From NCBI GenBank assembly GCA_028534125.1, contig CM052816.1, forward strand, positions 52,950,001-53,014,000: a stretch of 64,000 nt of DNA, read 5' to 3'. This DNA comes from Lama glama. Lineage: Eukaryota. Positions within the stretch are counted from its first letter, which is position 1; each line of letters opens with the position of its first letter. Position numbers and translations under genes: made by a program. A model generated the notes under the pieces. The model saw nothing but the letters and a program-made list of their open reading frames with translations, made no database searches and had not been told where the DNA came from. Positions 51,479 through 64,000 of this stretch are shown piece after piece.

Positions 51479-54400
51479 GGAGTCCTATAATGGTTCAGAC
51501 AGCTTTTCAAAAAATGTACACAGCTTCTCCACAAGTACAACTAGTTAGGAAATTACATTTTTTTAAACTGAAGGGTAACATTTTCCTGAAAAAAATCCTT
51601 TATCACAGTGAAGTGTTCCATAAAATGCTGGAAGTATTAAATTCATAAATGTTTTTGCCAGAAAGAAACCAAATCAAGATAGGAAAAACAGCAGGGAGAA
51701 AGCAGAAAGTATTTTCACAAGTACCCGGCTCCTATTTTATCACATTACGTGTATTATTACTGTCATGTCATCCTTTTCAGAAATGCCATGTGTGATGAAA
51801 TCTAGCCAATGTCTGAAGCAGACATGAGATACATTGAAATTAATAACTTCCATTCTCAAAGACCAGTGTTTTCACCTCAGACAGGCTAACAATATTATTA
51901 CTATTGTTATTACTATTACTGTCATTATTATTACTGTGTTTTGTACAAAGGTGAAATCTTTGTATCAAAATCCAGATCAGAGAGTTAACTTCCCTTGCAG
52001 AGGAAAGCTCAAGAACTACGATAATTGGCATGACTGAAAATGAGTGTTTGGGTTTTTCCAAACCACACTATCATTCCAATGAGGTGCTGCAATACAAATT
52101 GTTTTCAAAATACAGATAAAAGGTAAGTGGTACCAGTGCGCATAATATACTTCCCATGAGAACACTTACACACCCTTAACAGTGCTTAACGTGCGTAGTA
52201 CCCATGGTTGTGTAGCTGTACTTTCTTGCTTCTGTCAACAAAATTTAAGGCCCAGGGGCCAGGCAAGAGTTTGGTTACAGCAGTGAACTCAGATTTACCT
52301 GACAGAAGTGTTCTTTTCCCATCCAAAGAGTCAGTGTGGGATAAAGATGTGGGCTCTGGAGCCAGGCTGTATTTATTTGCCTGCTCTACAATGTGTCATC
52401 TGAGCGAATTATACACCCTCTCTTTGCCCCAGGTTCCTCATCTTCAGAAGAGGGGTAATAGTAACTACCTCACAAAGCTTGAGAGGATTAAATTACACAG
52501 GCAGAATGCTGATATCAGTGTCAGACCATATGGTAAGCTCTCAAAAATGTTAATTATAACCAATGAATATACCACATACCCATTTTATAAGTTTAGCCTT
52601 TTGTTTTCAGGTTTAAGAGCAGCATATTTGAATTTCTTAGTTAGAATTATCTAAGCTGTGGATTTCCTCCTTTGGCACGAATGATGGAAGCTGTTGCTAA
52701 TTTGTGTGCTCATTGATTTATAAGAAGGAAATGGTAAGATTTTATATCATTCAACTGCAAAAGGTTAAAAGCTGTCAACTTTTTTCTGTCAGTATTACTT
52801 TTTAAAATTCAATAACTAGCATTTAAGCTATTGAGTTTTTATTATATTAGTTCTGTAATCTTTCAGTTACTACAGAGAATTCCCAGTAATTAATCAGGAA
52901 CAAGGTAGAATAGAATGGTTAAAAACGCAGTGTTAAAAAAAAACACATGAATTGGTACAGCGGACAACTGAGATAAGATCATTATTGGTGGAAAACAGAA
53001 CATGGCCGAGTTCCTTGACACCTGAGTGGGAAGTGTGTTGAGCTGCAGTCTTGTTTGGGTATAACAGCAAGCAGATACACTTTTTCCTAGCACTGTCATG
53101 TAGAATACTGAATAATACAGGGATCCAATGAGAGTTTTGTTTTGTCAGTCTGTTAACAGATTCAAGGAAGAACTTTAAATCTTAATTCAGTGAAGGCTTT
53201 CTTCCAAGGAATTGTGATAAGCAGAATTAGTCATAAGCAGAAATCAGGGGGATTAATTAGTCTTAGAGAATTTGTAATAGTTAATGGGTTCCTTAAACAA
53301 ATACTTTTGATAGTTCTGCCAAAGTACTTTAATAGTGGAAAAGAGTGAATGCATTTAAGATACTGGGGATAAGGAAAAAAAAAAAAGATACTGGAGATAG
53401 GAAGGTGTCAGGTTTTAAGTGTTACGGCTTAGCTTATAAATTTATATAAACTTTGCATCTGTAGTCTTGTCATGTTTATTTTTGATACAATTTTTTTTAT
53501 TACCATGATGTAAAATTATTGTAGGATGATGTGCTGTGCTCATGTGCTGTTTGTAGTACCTTGTCGTTAATACCACTGCTCTCTTCTTGAGAAATTGGAC
53601 TAACTTGTTTTTCTCAAATGTCTCAAAAGAGCATTCAGTTGAAACTCTACAGCTTTTTAGCGCATGATGAGAGGCAGTTTTTAAGTAGGAAAGACTTAAG
53701 AGTAGGCTTTACCACTTGGTCCAGAATCCAGAGTATGGCTTTTGTAGAAGAACTGAAGAGAACTGTTTCCTGAAGAATTTGGTCACCAGATAGTTGGCTG
53801 AGGCAGCCTTAATTGGAGTTCTGATATTATCCACATAGATAGTGTGGAATATCTCCCAAACACAAAGGCTTTAGTAGAATCTGTACTTTCTCTATTTATG
53901 AAATGGTTCAGCTAATATTTGTATTTAATGTTTGTTTAATTAATCCATCATCATCTTCTGTGCTGTGTTAGCTGGAGAACCAGTTGGGGACTTTCTCCCC
54001 CTTTAGGTGACTGGCTGTCTTAGAGTCAATATTTCATAGGATTTCTTAGGACAAGCTTGCTGGTTCACAGTTAAAGGCACACAAGTAGTTCTAGGTTACT
54101 TGTTGAGCAGGATAACTCTAGGTATTGTTACATACCATAAAGAGAGTTCTGAGCAGACCTAGTTGATGGAAAAATTTGCATCAGTGGAGACTTGTGGCTA
54201 ATTTGTAGAAAGTATTCTACAGGTTAGAGTGTCCCCCAAATCTCTGTTTGCTAGATGAATTCATTATCACCTGGGCTACAGTGTTTTTAACTGTCGTTCA
54301 GTTTTTTGAAAAAATTTAAGACATGTACTCAGTAAAGTGCACAAATCTATAGCTCAATGAATATTTGCCTACGTGTTTATTTGTGTAATCACCAACGTAA

Positions 54401-54574
54401 CATTCCACTAGCTGTGTTTTTTTAAAACAAGGAAATATATTGCATTAAAATTGTTTGCTTACTTTTTTTTCTTATTATAAATACAGTGCATGCTCACATA
54501 TTGAAAAATTGAGATAAGAGAAAATAAGTCACTTGTACTCCTACCACCAAGAACTCTAAATGTCTTTGTATGTA

Positions 54575-55285
54575 ATCATTTATTCATTTATTTATTAAGT
54601 ATTTTCTGAGTGCCTAATACGTGCCAGGTATTTGAGTTGCTGGGAACACAGCTATGATTAAAGACAGCAAAATCCTTGCCCTTGAGGAGATAACACTTGA
54701 GCTGGGGGAGAGGAATAATAAATAAGAATATAGATTGTGTGTCAGATGGTGGTAAGTGCCAGGGGGAAAAGTAAAAGAAGGGGAGTAGGGAGTCCTGCGA
54801 GAGGAGAGGAAGGGGCTGTGATTTTCAGATAGAGCAACCAGGAAGGCCTCCCTGAGAAAGTCTTGTTTGAGCAAACACCTGAAGGAGGCAAAGGAAGATG
54901 CTAGACAGATCTGAGGGGAAAGAGGACTTTAGGCAAAGGCCCTGAGCTCAGGAGGTGCTTGGCATTGTTGGAGAAACAAGGAGGGCCATTGTGGCTGGAG
55001 TTAAAAACAGTCAGCTACAGGTGAGGTTGGAGAGAGAGCAGGGGCCATATCCTACAGTGGTTTTCCCTCCTGAGAGGTGATTGATGGCATGGGAGAATCA
55101 CCTTGCAAGCAGGGCTGCCCACCAGACCACTGATTCTGGGCTTGAGGCCTGGTGTCTATAATGCAGGCAGGATTGAGAAGCACTGATGGATTGAACGCCT
55201 TTAGACCATTTTAAGGACTTTGACTTTTACTGTGAGCCAGATGGAAAGCCATTGGAGGGTTTTGAGGAATGATCCACCTGATTTA
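54575..55285 (-). mobile_element. L2 element with nested MER5-like MITE (~55054-55185)
   Basis: ttcattt...gagtgcctaatacgtgccagg...ggaaggcctccctgag...ggaaagccattggagggtttt; insert cagtggtt...tgagaagcactg. Confidence 0.7.
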
Positions 55286-55567
55286 GGTTTTATTACTTTA
55301 AAACTCTGTATTATGAAATTTTCTAGAGATACAAAAAAGAAGAGTATACAGTCTCCTATGCTACCATTATTCCACCCACTTCAGTAGCCATCAGCATTTT
55401 GCCATACATGATTTATCCTGACCTCTCAACTCTGTTTTCCAGGAATATTTTAATGCTAGCTTGGGTTTTTAGAAGAATCATTCTAGTTTCTTTGTTGAGA
55501 GAAGAGGAGGCAGGACAAGGGCAGAATATAAGTATATCTTCCATGTATTTTTTTTTCTGTGCATATA

Positions 55568-55765
55568 CAGTTGATCCTTGAACAACATGGGTTTGAACTT
55601 TAAGGATCCACTTACATGCAGATTTTTTGCACTAAATACATATTATAATACTGCACTGTCTAAGGTTGGTTGAATGCATGGAGGGCTAATTGTAAAGCTG
55701 TACTCAGATTTTTGACTGCCTAGAGGATCGCTGCCCCTAATCCCTGCTTGTTCAAGGTTCAAACG
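55568..55765 (+). mobile_element. Tigger2a-like MITE
   Basis: TA|CAGTTGATCCTTGAACAA...TTGTTCAAGGTTCAAACG|TA: terminal inverted repeats and TA TSD. Confidence 0.85.
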
Positions 55766-55779
55766 TAGATATACTTTTT

Positions 55780-56330
55780 AAACAGAAAATTGAATTATAC
55801 TGTACTCACCATTTTACATAAACTGTTTTTATTTACTATATTGGACATCCTATGTCACTGAATATTCTACAACTTCATTTTTGAATGGTTACATAGGATT
55901 CCATTATATGGCTCTACCATAATTTATATGATCTTACATTATTGGACTTTGTAATTTACAATCTTTGGTTACCATAAACAGTGTGGTGATGCATCCCTAT
56001 AGCTAAATCTCTGCAGATATATGTCCATGATTGTTTCTGTAAGGAAAGTTCCTAGAATGGAATTGCTGTGTTAAAGGATAGGGACAAAAATTTAAAGGTT
56101 TTTAGTAGACATTTTTCAAAGTGTTTTCAGAAAGACTTTACTAATTTATTCTGCCGCCAACTGCTTCTGAAAGTGTCAGATTTCCTTAAGCTCTAACACT
56201 GAATTTTTTCATTAGAAAAAAAAAAGATTTCTTATTTTGACAGGTGAAAAAAATAACTCATGGTTTTAATTTGCAGTTCTTTGATTTCTAATGAGGTTGA
56301 ATTCCATTTCTGTTTGCATTTTAAAAATAT
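55780..56330 (-). mobile_element. Old L1ME fragment
   Basis: catttttgaatggttacatagg...cctagaatggaattgctg...ggttttaatttgca...ctttgatttctaatgaggttga. Confidence 0.65.
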
Positions 56331-56486
56331 GCTTAGTCATATAATTTGCTAGCTCTGTGACTTTGGATAAGTCACTTAGGACCTCTGCTTTTGTACTATG
56401 AAATAGATGTTGTATATACCTCTTTGCAAGCTTTTCATGAATATTAAAAGCATTTTTCATGAACATTAAATAAAAGCATTTTGTAT

Positions 56487-56722
56487 GCCAGGTTTTTGAA
56501 CTTTTTGACCATGATCCACAGTAGAAACAAAACAAAACAAGACTGCATCCTACTTTGTGACAAGTGTATATAAATATGTAGCCAAAAGTTTTATGGAACG
56601 GTACAGATACTCTTACCAAGTATGATGCACTCTGGTAATTTACATTCTCAGTCAATTTTTAGAATACCCATCAAACTGATTATAACACTCTGGGTTGTGA
56701 CCCAGTATTTGAAAAACACTGC
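56487..56722. mobile_element. hAT-Charlie-type MITE
   Basis: caggtttttgaacttttt...gggttgtgacccagtatttgaaaaacactg. Confidence 0.55.
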
Positions 56723-57989
56723 TATAGGCTCTAAAGGACTCCATCTTGTTAGGTGCTCTTTTATCTACAGTGATGATCTCTTCCAGGTACCTCAGAAGTC
56801 AACCTCCCTTTACCTCTGCTAAAACTCATTTTCAGAAAAGCTTAAATAGGAAAAAGACCCAAATTTAGCTTATTGTATTGCTGTATCAAATATTTGGTCA
56901 GTGAAAAATGTTAAATACATTCACAGTCAGAAAATGTATTTGTTTGGGGCTTTTGTGATACCATAATGACTGAATTGGTAACACCATTGTGAAATCCATC
57001 TAATACATTTGAGCCAAAAACCACATCATTACAGGGATTATATTTGCAAAACTCCAAATTGGGACATAGCATCTGACAGTTTTGCCTATAATTTTTGTTA
57101 CCTGAAAAGCTGACAAAAATGGAAAACATAAATCACATTTAGTTATACTTAATACAGCCTTTTTTCAGTAGAAAAATAAAATAATATGAAAGCTGGATAA
57201 TTCTGAGAGACTGGGAACATGTGGCTACCATGAGTAAAACACCAGATGCTGTTCATTGGTAGACTTACGGCGAAACTAACTTGAGGACCACTCGGAAAGG
57301 AGTTAGCCAGACCTAATGATTAGCTGTGACTAGGGAAACTTAATCAGATGAAAGTGAGAATCACTTCCAAGTCTGAGGGATGCTGGAATGAGAATTGCAG
57401 AGAGAAATAAAGTGGGAATGGGCTGGTGGTGTTTAGTATTTGGAAAGCACCCAGAGGTTTATCATATTTGATAGGAGAACTGTGCTGTTACTTTGGACCT
57501 CTAGTTTAACATGACATATGTTTTATCTGTTAAAATTATTTTTTGATGCTAAGCCAGGAAGTTTTTTAATGACTCTAAGTTAAAAGTTTAACTAATAAGC
57601 ATGTACCGTTCACCCCTTCACAAAGGAAAACAATTTGAGAAATGCCAGAAACAATTTGGTACATAAAAATAAAACCTAAATTTTATACCAAAGAACTGTA
57701 ATTTACCTTTGAAAAAGAGCAGAATATTTATGTTGTATCTATACTATATTGATTTTTAAACATTAAATGTCATCAGATTTAGAAAAATAAGCAACTTTGT
57801 CTTTCTCTACTTTAGTGGGTATTCACCTTAATTAGGTTTATACATGTGGTTAGAATTGTGTATTTGAGATGTTTCCATGCGTCTAGTTTGCGTGCTGATT
57901 CTGGATTCTGGTCTTTTCAATGTCTTAAGCTAAAATAAGGTTTTAAACAAGCTTAGGAGTAAGGGTAGAAATCTGCTGGACTCAAATAT

Positions 57990-58370
57990 GTGAAGAGCCC
58001 AGAAATATGTGAAGAGATCCTCAGCCTCACTAGTAATCAGGGATGTACAGATTGAAGCAACAGTGAAATACCATTTCATGCCCATCAAGTGGACGCAAAT
58101 TAAAGATGTTACTTGGACATTATCAAGTGTTGGGAGGAAATAATACAAGACTTTTAAAGTACAAGCTGGTATATGAGTTGTGATGAGCAATTTGGAAATA
58201 TGCTATGGTGCATATCCCATGACCCAGAATCTGGTTTCTGGTATATCTCTTGCATGTGTACACAAGTAAACATCAGGGGCGTGGTTTGTAATAGAGCAAA
58301 AGTTGAAACAACCTGTATGTCTACCAGTAAGGAAATGGCTACATAAAATAGTCTAGTATTTTCCACTTGA
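57990..58370 (+). mobile_element. Old L1ME ORF2 3' end fragment
   Basis: tcagcctcactagtaatcaggga...cagtgaaataccatttcatgcccatc...catatcccatgacccag. Confidence 0.75.
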
Positions 58371-58452
58371 AATACAATATAACATACGTAATTTTAAATT
58401 TACTTTTAAAGTTTTAAAATGGTGAAATGCATTTTAAAATATTTTGATAATA

Positions 58453-59000
58453 CAGTTGACCCTTGAACAATGCAGAGGTTGGGGCACCAGCCTCCCATGC
58501 TTAATGTTGAAAATTTGCTTTATAGCTTCTGACTCCCACAGTACTTAACTACTGATAGCCTGCTGTTGATTAGTACTGTTACCAATAATATTAACAGTTG
58601 GTTAACATGTATTTTGTATGTTATATGTATATTATATACTATATTCTTAGAATAAAATAAGCTAGAGAAAATGTTATTAGGAAAATCATAATGAAGTGAA
58701 AAATGAAGTGTATTTATAGTGCTGTACTGTATTTATCAGAACTGTTAAGTTTACATCATCAGTTTACAAGATGATTGTCCATCAGTGCTTATATCAATAT
58801 TGTTTTATATGATAAAAACACCATAGATGTTATATGTATTGCTAGCACTAGACCTCGAAAATGAAAGGATAATGTGAAAAAGAAATTCGTTTTTATTTAC
58901 AGGTGTAACAATTGCTAACGAAGAGGCAGCAGAGTGATGGCTTTATGGTAGCCTAGTGTCATAGTATGATTGCTTCACAGCAGCTTAGCCTGTACACTAA
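58453..59000 (-). mobile_element. Tigger2 DNA transposon terminal portion (runs into gap)
   Basis: TA|CAGTTGACCCTTGAACAA TIR followed by Tigger2 subterminal sequence. Confidence 0.8.
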
Positions 59001-59500
59001 NNNNNNNNNNNNNNNNNNNNNNNNNNNNNNNNNNNNNNNNNNNNNNNNNNNNNNNNNNNNNNNNNNNNNNNNNNNNNNNNNNNNNNNNNNNNNNNNNNNN
59101 NNNNNNNNNNNNNNNNNNNNNNNNNNNNNNNNNNNNNNNNNNNNNNNNNNNNNNNNNNNNNNNNNNNNNNNNNNNNNNNNNNNNNNNNNNNNNNNNNNNN
59201 NNNNNNNNNNNNNNNNNNNNNNNNNNNNNNNNNNNNNNNNNNNNNNNNNNNNNNNNNNNNNNNNNNNNNNNNNNNNNNNNNNNNNNNNNNNNNNNNNNNN
59301 NNNNNNNNNNNNNNNNNNNNNNNNNNNNNNNNNNNNNNNNNNNNNNNNNNNNNNNNNNNNNNNNNNNNNNNNNNNNNNNNNNNNNNNNNNNNNNNNNNNN
59401 NNNNNNNNNNNNNNNNNNNNNNNNNNNNNNNNNNNNNNNNNNNNNNNNNNNNNNNNNNNNNNNNNNNNNNNNNNNNNNNNNNNNNNNNNNNNNNNNNNNN
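59001..59500. other. Assembly gap (500 N)
   Basis: Run of N. Confidence 1.
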
Positions 59501-62189
59501 CATTAAGAGTTCTAGAGTTATAGTGTGAGGCTTTATTGTTTGTTTTGAGCAATTAAAAATATTCAGAATAATACAGGGAATAATGTAACATCCATGCAAC
59601 CACTGTTCAAATGTAGCAAATGTTGATATTTTGCCAAAATACCTTCAGCTCTTTCTCTTCAACCTTGGGTTTATTTATTTTTTTTGAGTATTTACTTGTT
59701 CAGATAGTATATGGATTGCATGTTCACTTGGTTAGTTTGTATTAAGTGTAAAGGAAAAGAGTACTTAAGAGTGTTATTGTTTCTTGAAATATTGTTGGTA
59801 TTAGAACTTAAATAATGTTTTGCCATTTAATTCACTTTAAAAGTTTTTAGGAACTGGATGTCTACTAGAAGAGTACTTATTTTTGGTTTTTAGGAATGTG
59901 CCACATACATTAGCAAGAATTAAATTCTCATTAACAGGAGGCTATTTTCCTTAGATTTCCCTAGTGTATACTATGAGTTCTCAGAATTTAGCTGTATTTA
60001 GTGGAAATCATCTGGGAAAAGAAAAATGTTTAAAGTCTAGTGTAATTGAAAGTATAATACTGATTTTAAGTGTAATTGAGTTACCAGGCATACCTCTTGA
60101 TATATTTTAAAACACCACGTATTTTGTCTGAAATGAATAGGGTTTTAAATGGGGAGGTGGGGCAGAGATGATGTCACTTGGAAGTTGTTTAATAAATAGC
60201 AAGCCAGATTCTTTATGTATTGAAGTTATTGCTTAAATATATACATTGAGTGGGTTTGCTTGCTCTTTACTATGAATTTCAGCATATTCCTTTGATCTGT
60301 TAATTGTTGCTACTGATTAAGTTCCCAGCGTAAATAAGTACTGTAACCCCTTTTAATAACTAGTGCTATGGCCTAATGAAAGGATTGAGATAGATTAAAA
60401 AAAAAAAAACCTCATAAAATGAGGGCTGGTATGTAAAGAATGTAAAAAGTGTTATTACTGTTCTAGTTTTATAATTTAATCACGATAGATTCCAAACTGA
60501 AAACGTTAATTTATTTGATTACATTTTCTTCAGATATACTAATTAATTCAAATACTTGACATCATGAGAGTATTTCTGATGAGCAGTTGTGGAACGATGA
60601 TTTTCTAAAAGTTTTTTGTTTGAATGTGCAAGTAATTAAAAGACCAGGGAATTCAGATGATACACTTTTTAAAAAATTCTTCCAGAAAAGACGTTTTGTA
60701 GTTGGTGGTTTCACATTTTAAGTCTTTATACCTGTGTTATAACAATGTCCTTTACAATTTTGTTATTTGCTGTATTGGTAACCTGGAAGTTTAAAAGGAC
60801 GTACACCGGCTATGTTTTTGGTTCATCACTAGATGGCGTTCTTGCAGTACAACTATGTGGGGTAGTCAGTAGACTAAGCCTTGCTTTTCTCACAGTCAGT
60901 ATGTGGGTTTGTTTTAAAGAACATTAAACGTGGATAAGTAATCACCAGTTAAATACATAAGATGGTAATGGGAATGCATAGTTGGTAATATGCAGTCATA
61001 ATCTTTGAGCAGCATCAATACAGCTATTACAGTCAATAAGATTTTTCTTACAAGCATGTATTGGGGGGGAGTAGAGCTTGGGGGTGGGGTGGGAGAGGAT
61101 TTGAACCAGTTAGTGATAATCCAATGGAATTACAATTTGTATTATTAACTAGTGCGGGACAATTCTTTTGAGGAAATTCCAGTAATTGAGCTCCAGCTTG
61201 TCTGAAGACGTCTGTGCCAGCTCACAATGGCACCAAAACTAAATTCTTCAAGCATTACGTCTAAAGTTAAATGTCCATTAGTGTCTATCCCCACCCCTTA
61301 TCTTATCCTTGCTTATGTCCTTTTGGCCTTAACAAGTATTGTCCAGCTTCTCTTGCCACCTCAAACCCCAGAAACCAAGCTAAAGGTAGAATTTTTTTTT
61401 TTGTCTTACTTCCTGTGTATTTACTTCTAACAAAGGAGGGTATTTTCTCCAGGAAGTAGACATACCTTCAGCCCTTCGAGTCTCATAGTTAGGCATGTTT
61501 GGATTCCTGGTCCTCTCCTGCTTTCCCTTTATTCCTCTTTATGAACAATAAGAATGCTTTCATCCATGTACTGTTACGTTAGTTGAGTTCCAAGCTATTA
61601 GAAATTGTCGCTTACTGTATGGTTCTTTGGCAGTCTTCAAAAGTGACCTCTAAAGCATTCTTTTCCCAGCATTAATTGTAATGTAAGTGTAGCTTCCTCC
61701 ACAGTGCCACTTAAGATAATCTTTTAGTACTGGTACAAGTTAAAAAAAAATTAAATATTACTTAAAGCTTTGTAAAGACAAGTCCTAGTTTCCTATCTCA
61801 TTTCTTCCTTCATCTAGACCCATCCCCACAGGCAACTGCTTTTAAAAATTCTAATTTTTATTTCTTTTGGTAGTTGCCTGCATATCTCTACTATGCTGTT
61901 ACACCACTATTTCTTGATGAAAAGCTTTCGATATTAAATCCTTTTAGCCAAAAAGTCAATTGATAATGAACTTTCACCATTTCCACATTTCTTCCTTCCA
62001 CCCGTCTCATTCACTTAGTCTTATAAGTTTTTCCCTTGATTACCTCTGCAATATTAAATGAGGCCATAAAAATCTAATTGTGTATACTTTGGGTCTGTGC
62101 TACGAAGTTGATGAATGACCAGTTCTGGAAGACCACCAGTCACATTTTATTGGGAAGCATGTTATTGCAGAGTTTATTATATGTAGATC

Positions 62190-62695
62190 TCTTTCTCCAG
62201 TTATTATTTGGGTAACTTTTAAAAATGACAACTTCCTGGAACAATTAGGAAACATATCACATAAAAAGCCTAGAGGCTGATTCACTGATTCAATGACATA
62301 ATCAAGGAACCAGATTCTTGGTCTTTCCATATGCTCGTCTTCACAATGTTGGCTTTGTTTTTAGGTTAGTTGCCCTCACACTACTAAGGTGACTCTTCAG
62401 GGCCGATGTCACTGCAAACATTATCTAAGAGAACATCCCTTTTTATGTGTGTATCTTTTTGTGAGTGTACCCAGAAGCTTCTGGCAAACATTGCCTCATT
62501 ATCTCATTAACCAGAATTGCTTCAGAGGTCCATTCCTAAACAGATTTCCAGCAAGGAGAATGGGATTGCTTTGATTATCGTAGTGAAGCTTACAGTCATG
62601 TAGAGGAGGGTAGAGCCGCAGAACACTATCTGAGGTGTGTTAGGAAGGAGCGAGGAGCAATAGTTGGTGGATAGTCAGCCAGTAGTGTCTGTAAC
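62190..62695 (-). mobile_element. Old MLT1 (MaLR) solo LTR
   Basis: caaggaaccagattct...cattatctcattaaccagaattg...gcaaggagaatgggatt...agccagtagtgtctgtaaca. Confidence 0.6.
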
Positions 62696-64000
62696 AGAGC
62701 CAGACTCTCAGTGGGAGCTGTTATCCACCTTGTTTCTTATACCTCTGTCAGGCTGCTTTCTTTTGGAAAATTAAGTAGAAAGGGAATTATTTGAAACCAT
62801 AACTTTCTTCATATCCCCATTTGCTGCAATATCTAATTGTATTTACATATGTGAAAAGGGTATTGGTAAGCTAGGCATTAAAAGAAGAGTAGGAATGTAT
62901 AATTATTCTTTATTCCCTTGGGCTTGGTTGTATGTATTGGACCCATACTTTTGCATTTCCTTAGAAGAAAAGTTTATTGAGTAATCACGTAATGTTTGCA
63001 AAAATACAGACTTCAGTAGTAATTTTTTAAAATTATTGTCATTGATTTTTTTTTTAATCCAAGCTATCCAGACGACAAATGTTACCTTTTTGATTGTTTT
63101 CTTAGATCTAGAACTTACATATCTTTTGGCAAATAGTCTTTTTGTTTTGCTTCCGTTTTTCATGATCTTCATTTCTTGCTTATTACACAAATGCCTGAGA
63201 GTTAAATATAATAATTCTTTATGTCAATTTTTATGAGTTTGAATAAACTTTATTTCTAAAACAAAATTCTGATTTTTACTGGATTTTCCTCAGGGTCATC
63301 TTATACTTACATTCTTCCAATTTTCTGCATCCATATTAAGTTGTAGAGTCCATCACGGAGCATAGTTCTTTTACAGAGTATTTGCCCATGATTAAGACCT
63401 TCAGAATTATTTTTATATCAGTCTTTCTAGAATTACTTTATGAACCTTCTGGAAAATACTTTAGTAACCTTTACTTTTAACAGTAAGGTCATTTGAACCA
63501 CTCATTGTCTTAATTATTGATATAAGAAATTACAAAGTAGATTATTCTCTAGGATTAAAGTGTGTGTGTGTGTTTTGTTTTTCTAAACTGGTTTAAAGCA
63601 TTTCATGCCAAAATCTCTTGCTTTTCAAATTAATTTTTAGATTAATGTTTAATTTCTTAGGAGAGTTTGTGTTGTTATATCTATTTATGAAATAACACTA
63701 CAGTCATTACTAAATAAGCCTCAATTTTCTATTATGTCTTTTGTATATATTTTCTAGTGACAGTAATGTCAATAAATATAGTAGAATACACAGATCAGCT
63801 TTTAGTGAGATGTATTTACTTCAAAATTCATCTTTTGATTCTCATACTGTGATTGTAAATATAAGTTATGAGATGTTGCTGTATTAATGAAAAAGAATTC
63901 TGGAGTCAGATCATTTTGTTGCATGCTGGGTTATTCAGGGTGAAATGAGTTTCTTTACAGCAGGATTTCATAGAACCTTTAACATATTAACGTGCATTAT

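Larger units (their letters stand above)
24498..64000 (+). other. HOMER1: HOMER1 intron 1 (partial)
   Basis: Starts GTAAGG; no sequence encoding EQPIFSTRAHVF found downstream in the window. Confidence 0.8.

Noticed and set aside
52208..52654. 148-aa ORF
   Set aside because: Non-ATG start and overlaps a MIR (SLPQVPHLQKRG is the MIR core translation)
58959..59599. Long ORFs of 178-200 aa
   Set aside because: Artefacts of reading through the 500-N gap
1..64000. A novel multi-gene, CRISPR-like or prokaryote-style system
   Set aside because: The window is explained by one vertebrate promoter and first exon, intron/intergenic DNA and known repeat classes; no repeat-spacer array or unexplained coding cluster was seen

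Overview
Mammalian genomic DNA, most likely from a camelid (tRNA-Ala-derived Vic-1-type SINEs and artiodactyl-type L1 3' ends). The window is centred on a CpG-island promoter (~22.5-24.3 kb) and the first exon of HOMER1 on the + strand. That exon is a long, uORF-rich 5' UTR ending in ...TTTTCATTGGGCAAA-ATG-GG|GTAAGG, so it carries only 5 coding nt (start of MGEQPIF...). Upstream (1-22.4 kb) is intergenic and repeat-rich. Downstream (24.5-64 kb) is the first ~39.5 kb of HOMER1 intron 1; I did not find exon 2. The HOMER1 call rests on my recognition of this junction, not on a database search. Apart from L1 ORF1 remnants, the ORF-track ORFs look spurious. There are two N gaps (42436-42535, 59001-59500). 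I see no convincing new multi-gene system. The most interesting observations are an activity-dependent (CRE x4 / MEF2 / ETS) promoter, a heavily uORF-loaded leader with a possible internal intron and G-quadruplex, a TSD-bounded L1 lacking almost all of ORF2 (HAL1-like), a TSD-bounded tail-less internal L1 fragment, and a perfect 17-bp inverted repeat. Old-repeat family names and boundaries are by eye and approximate.
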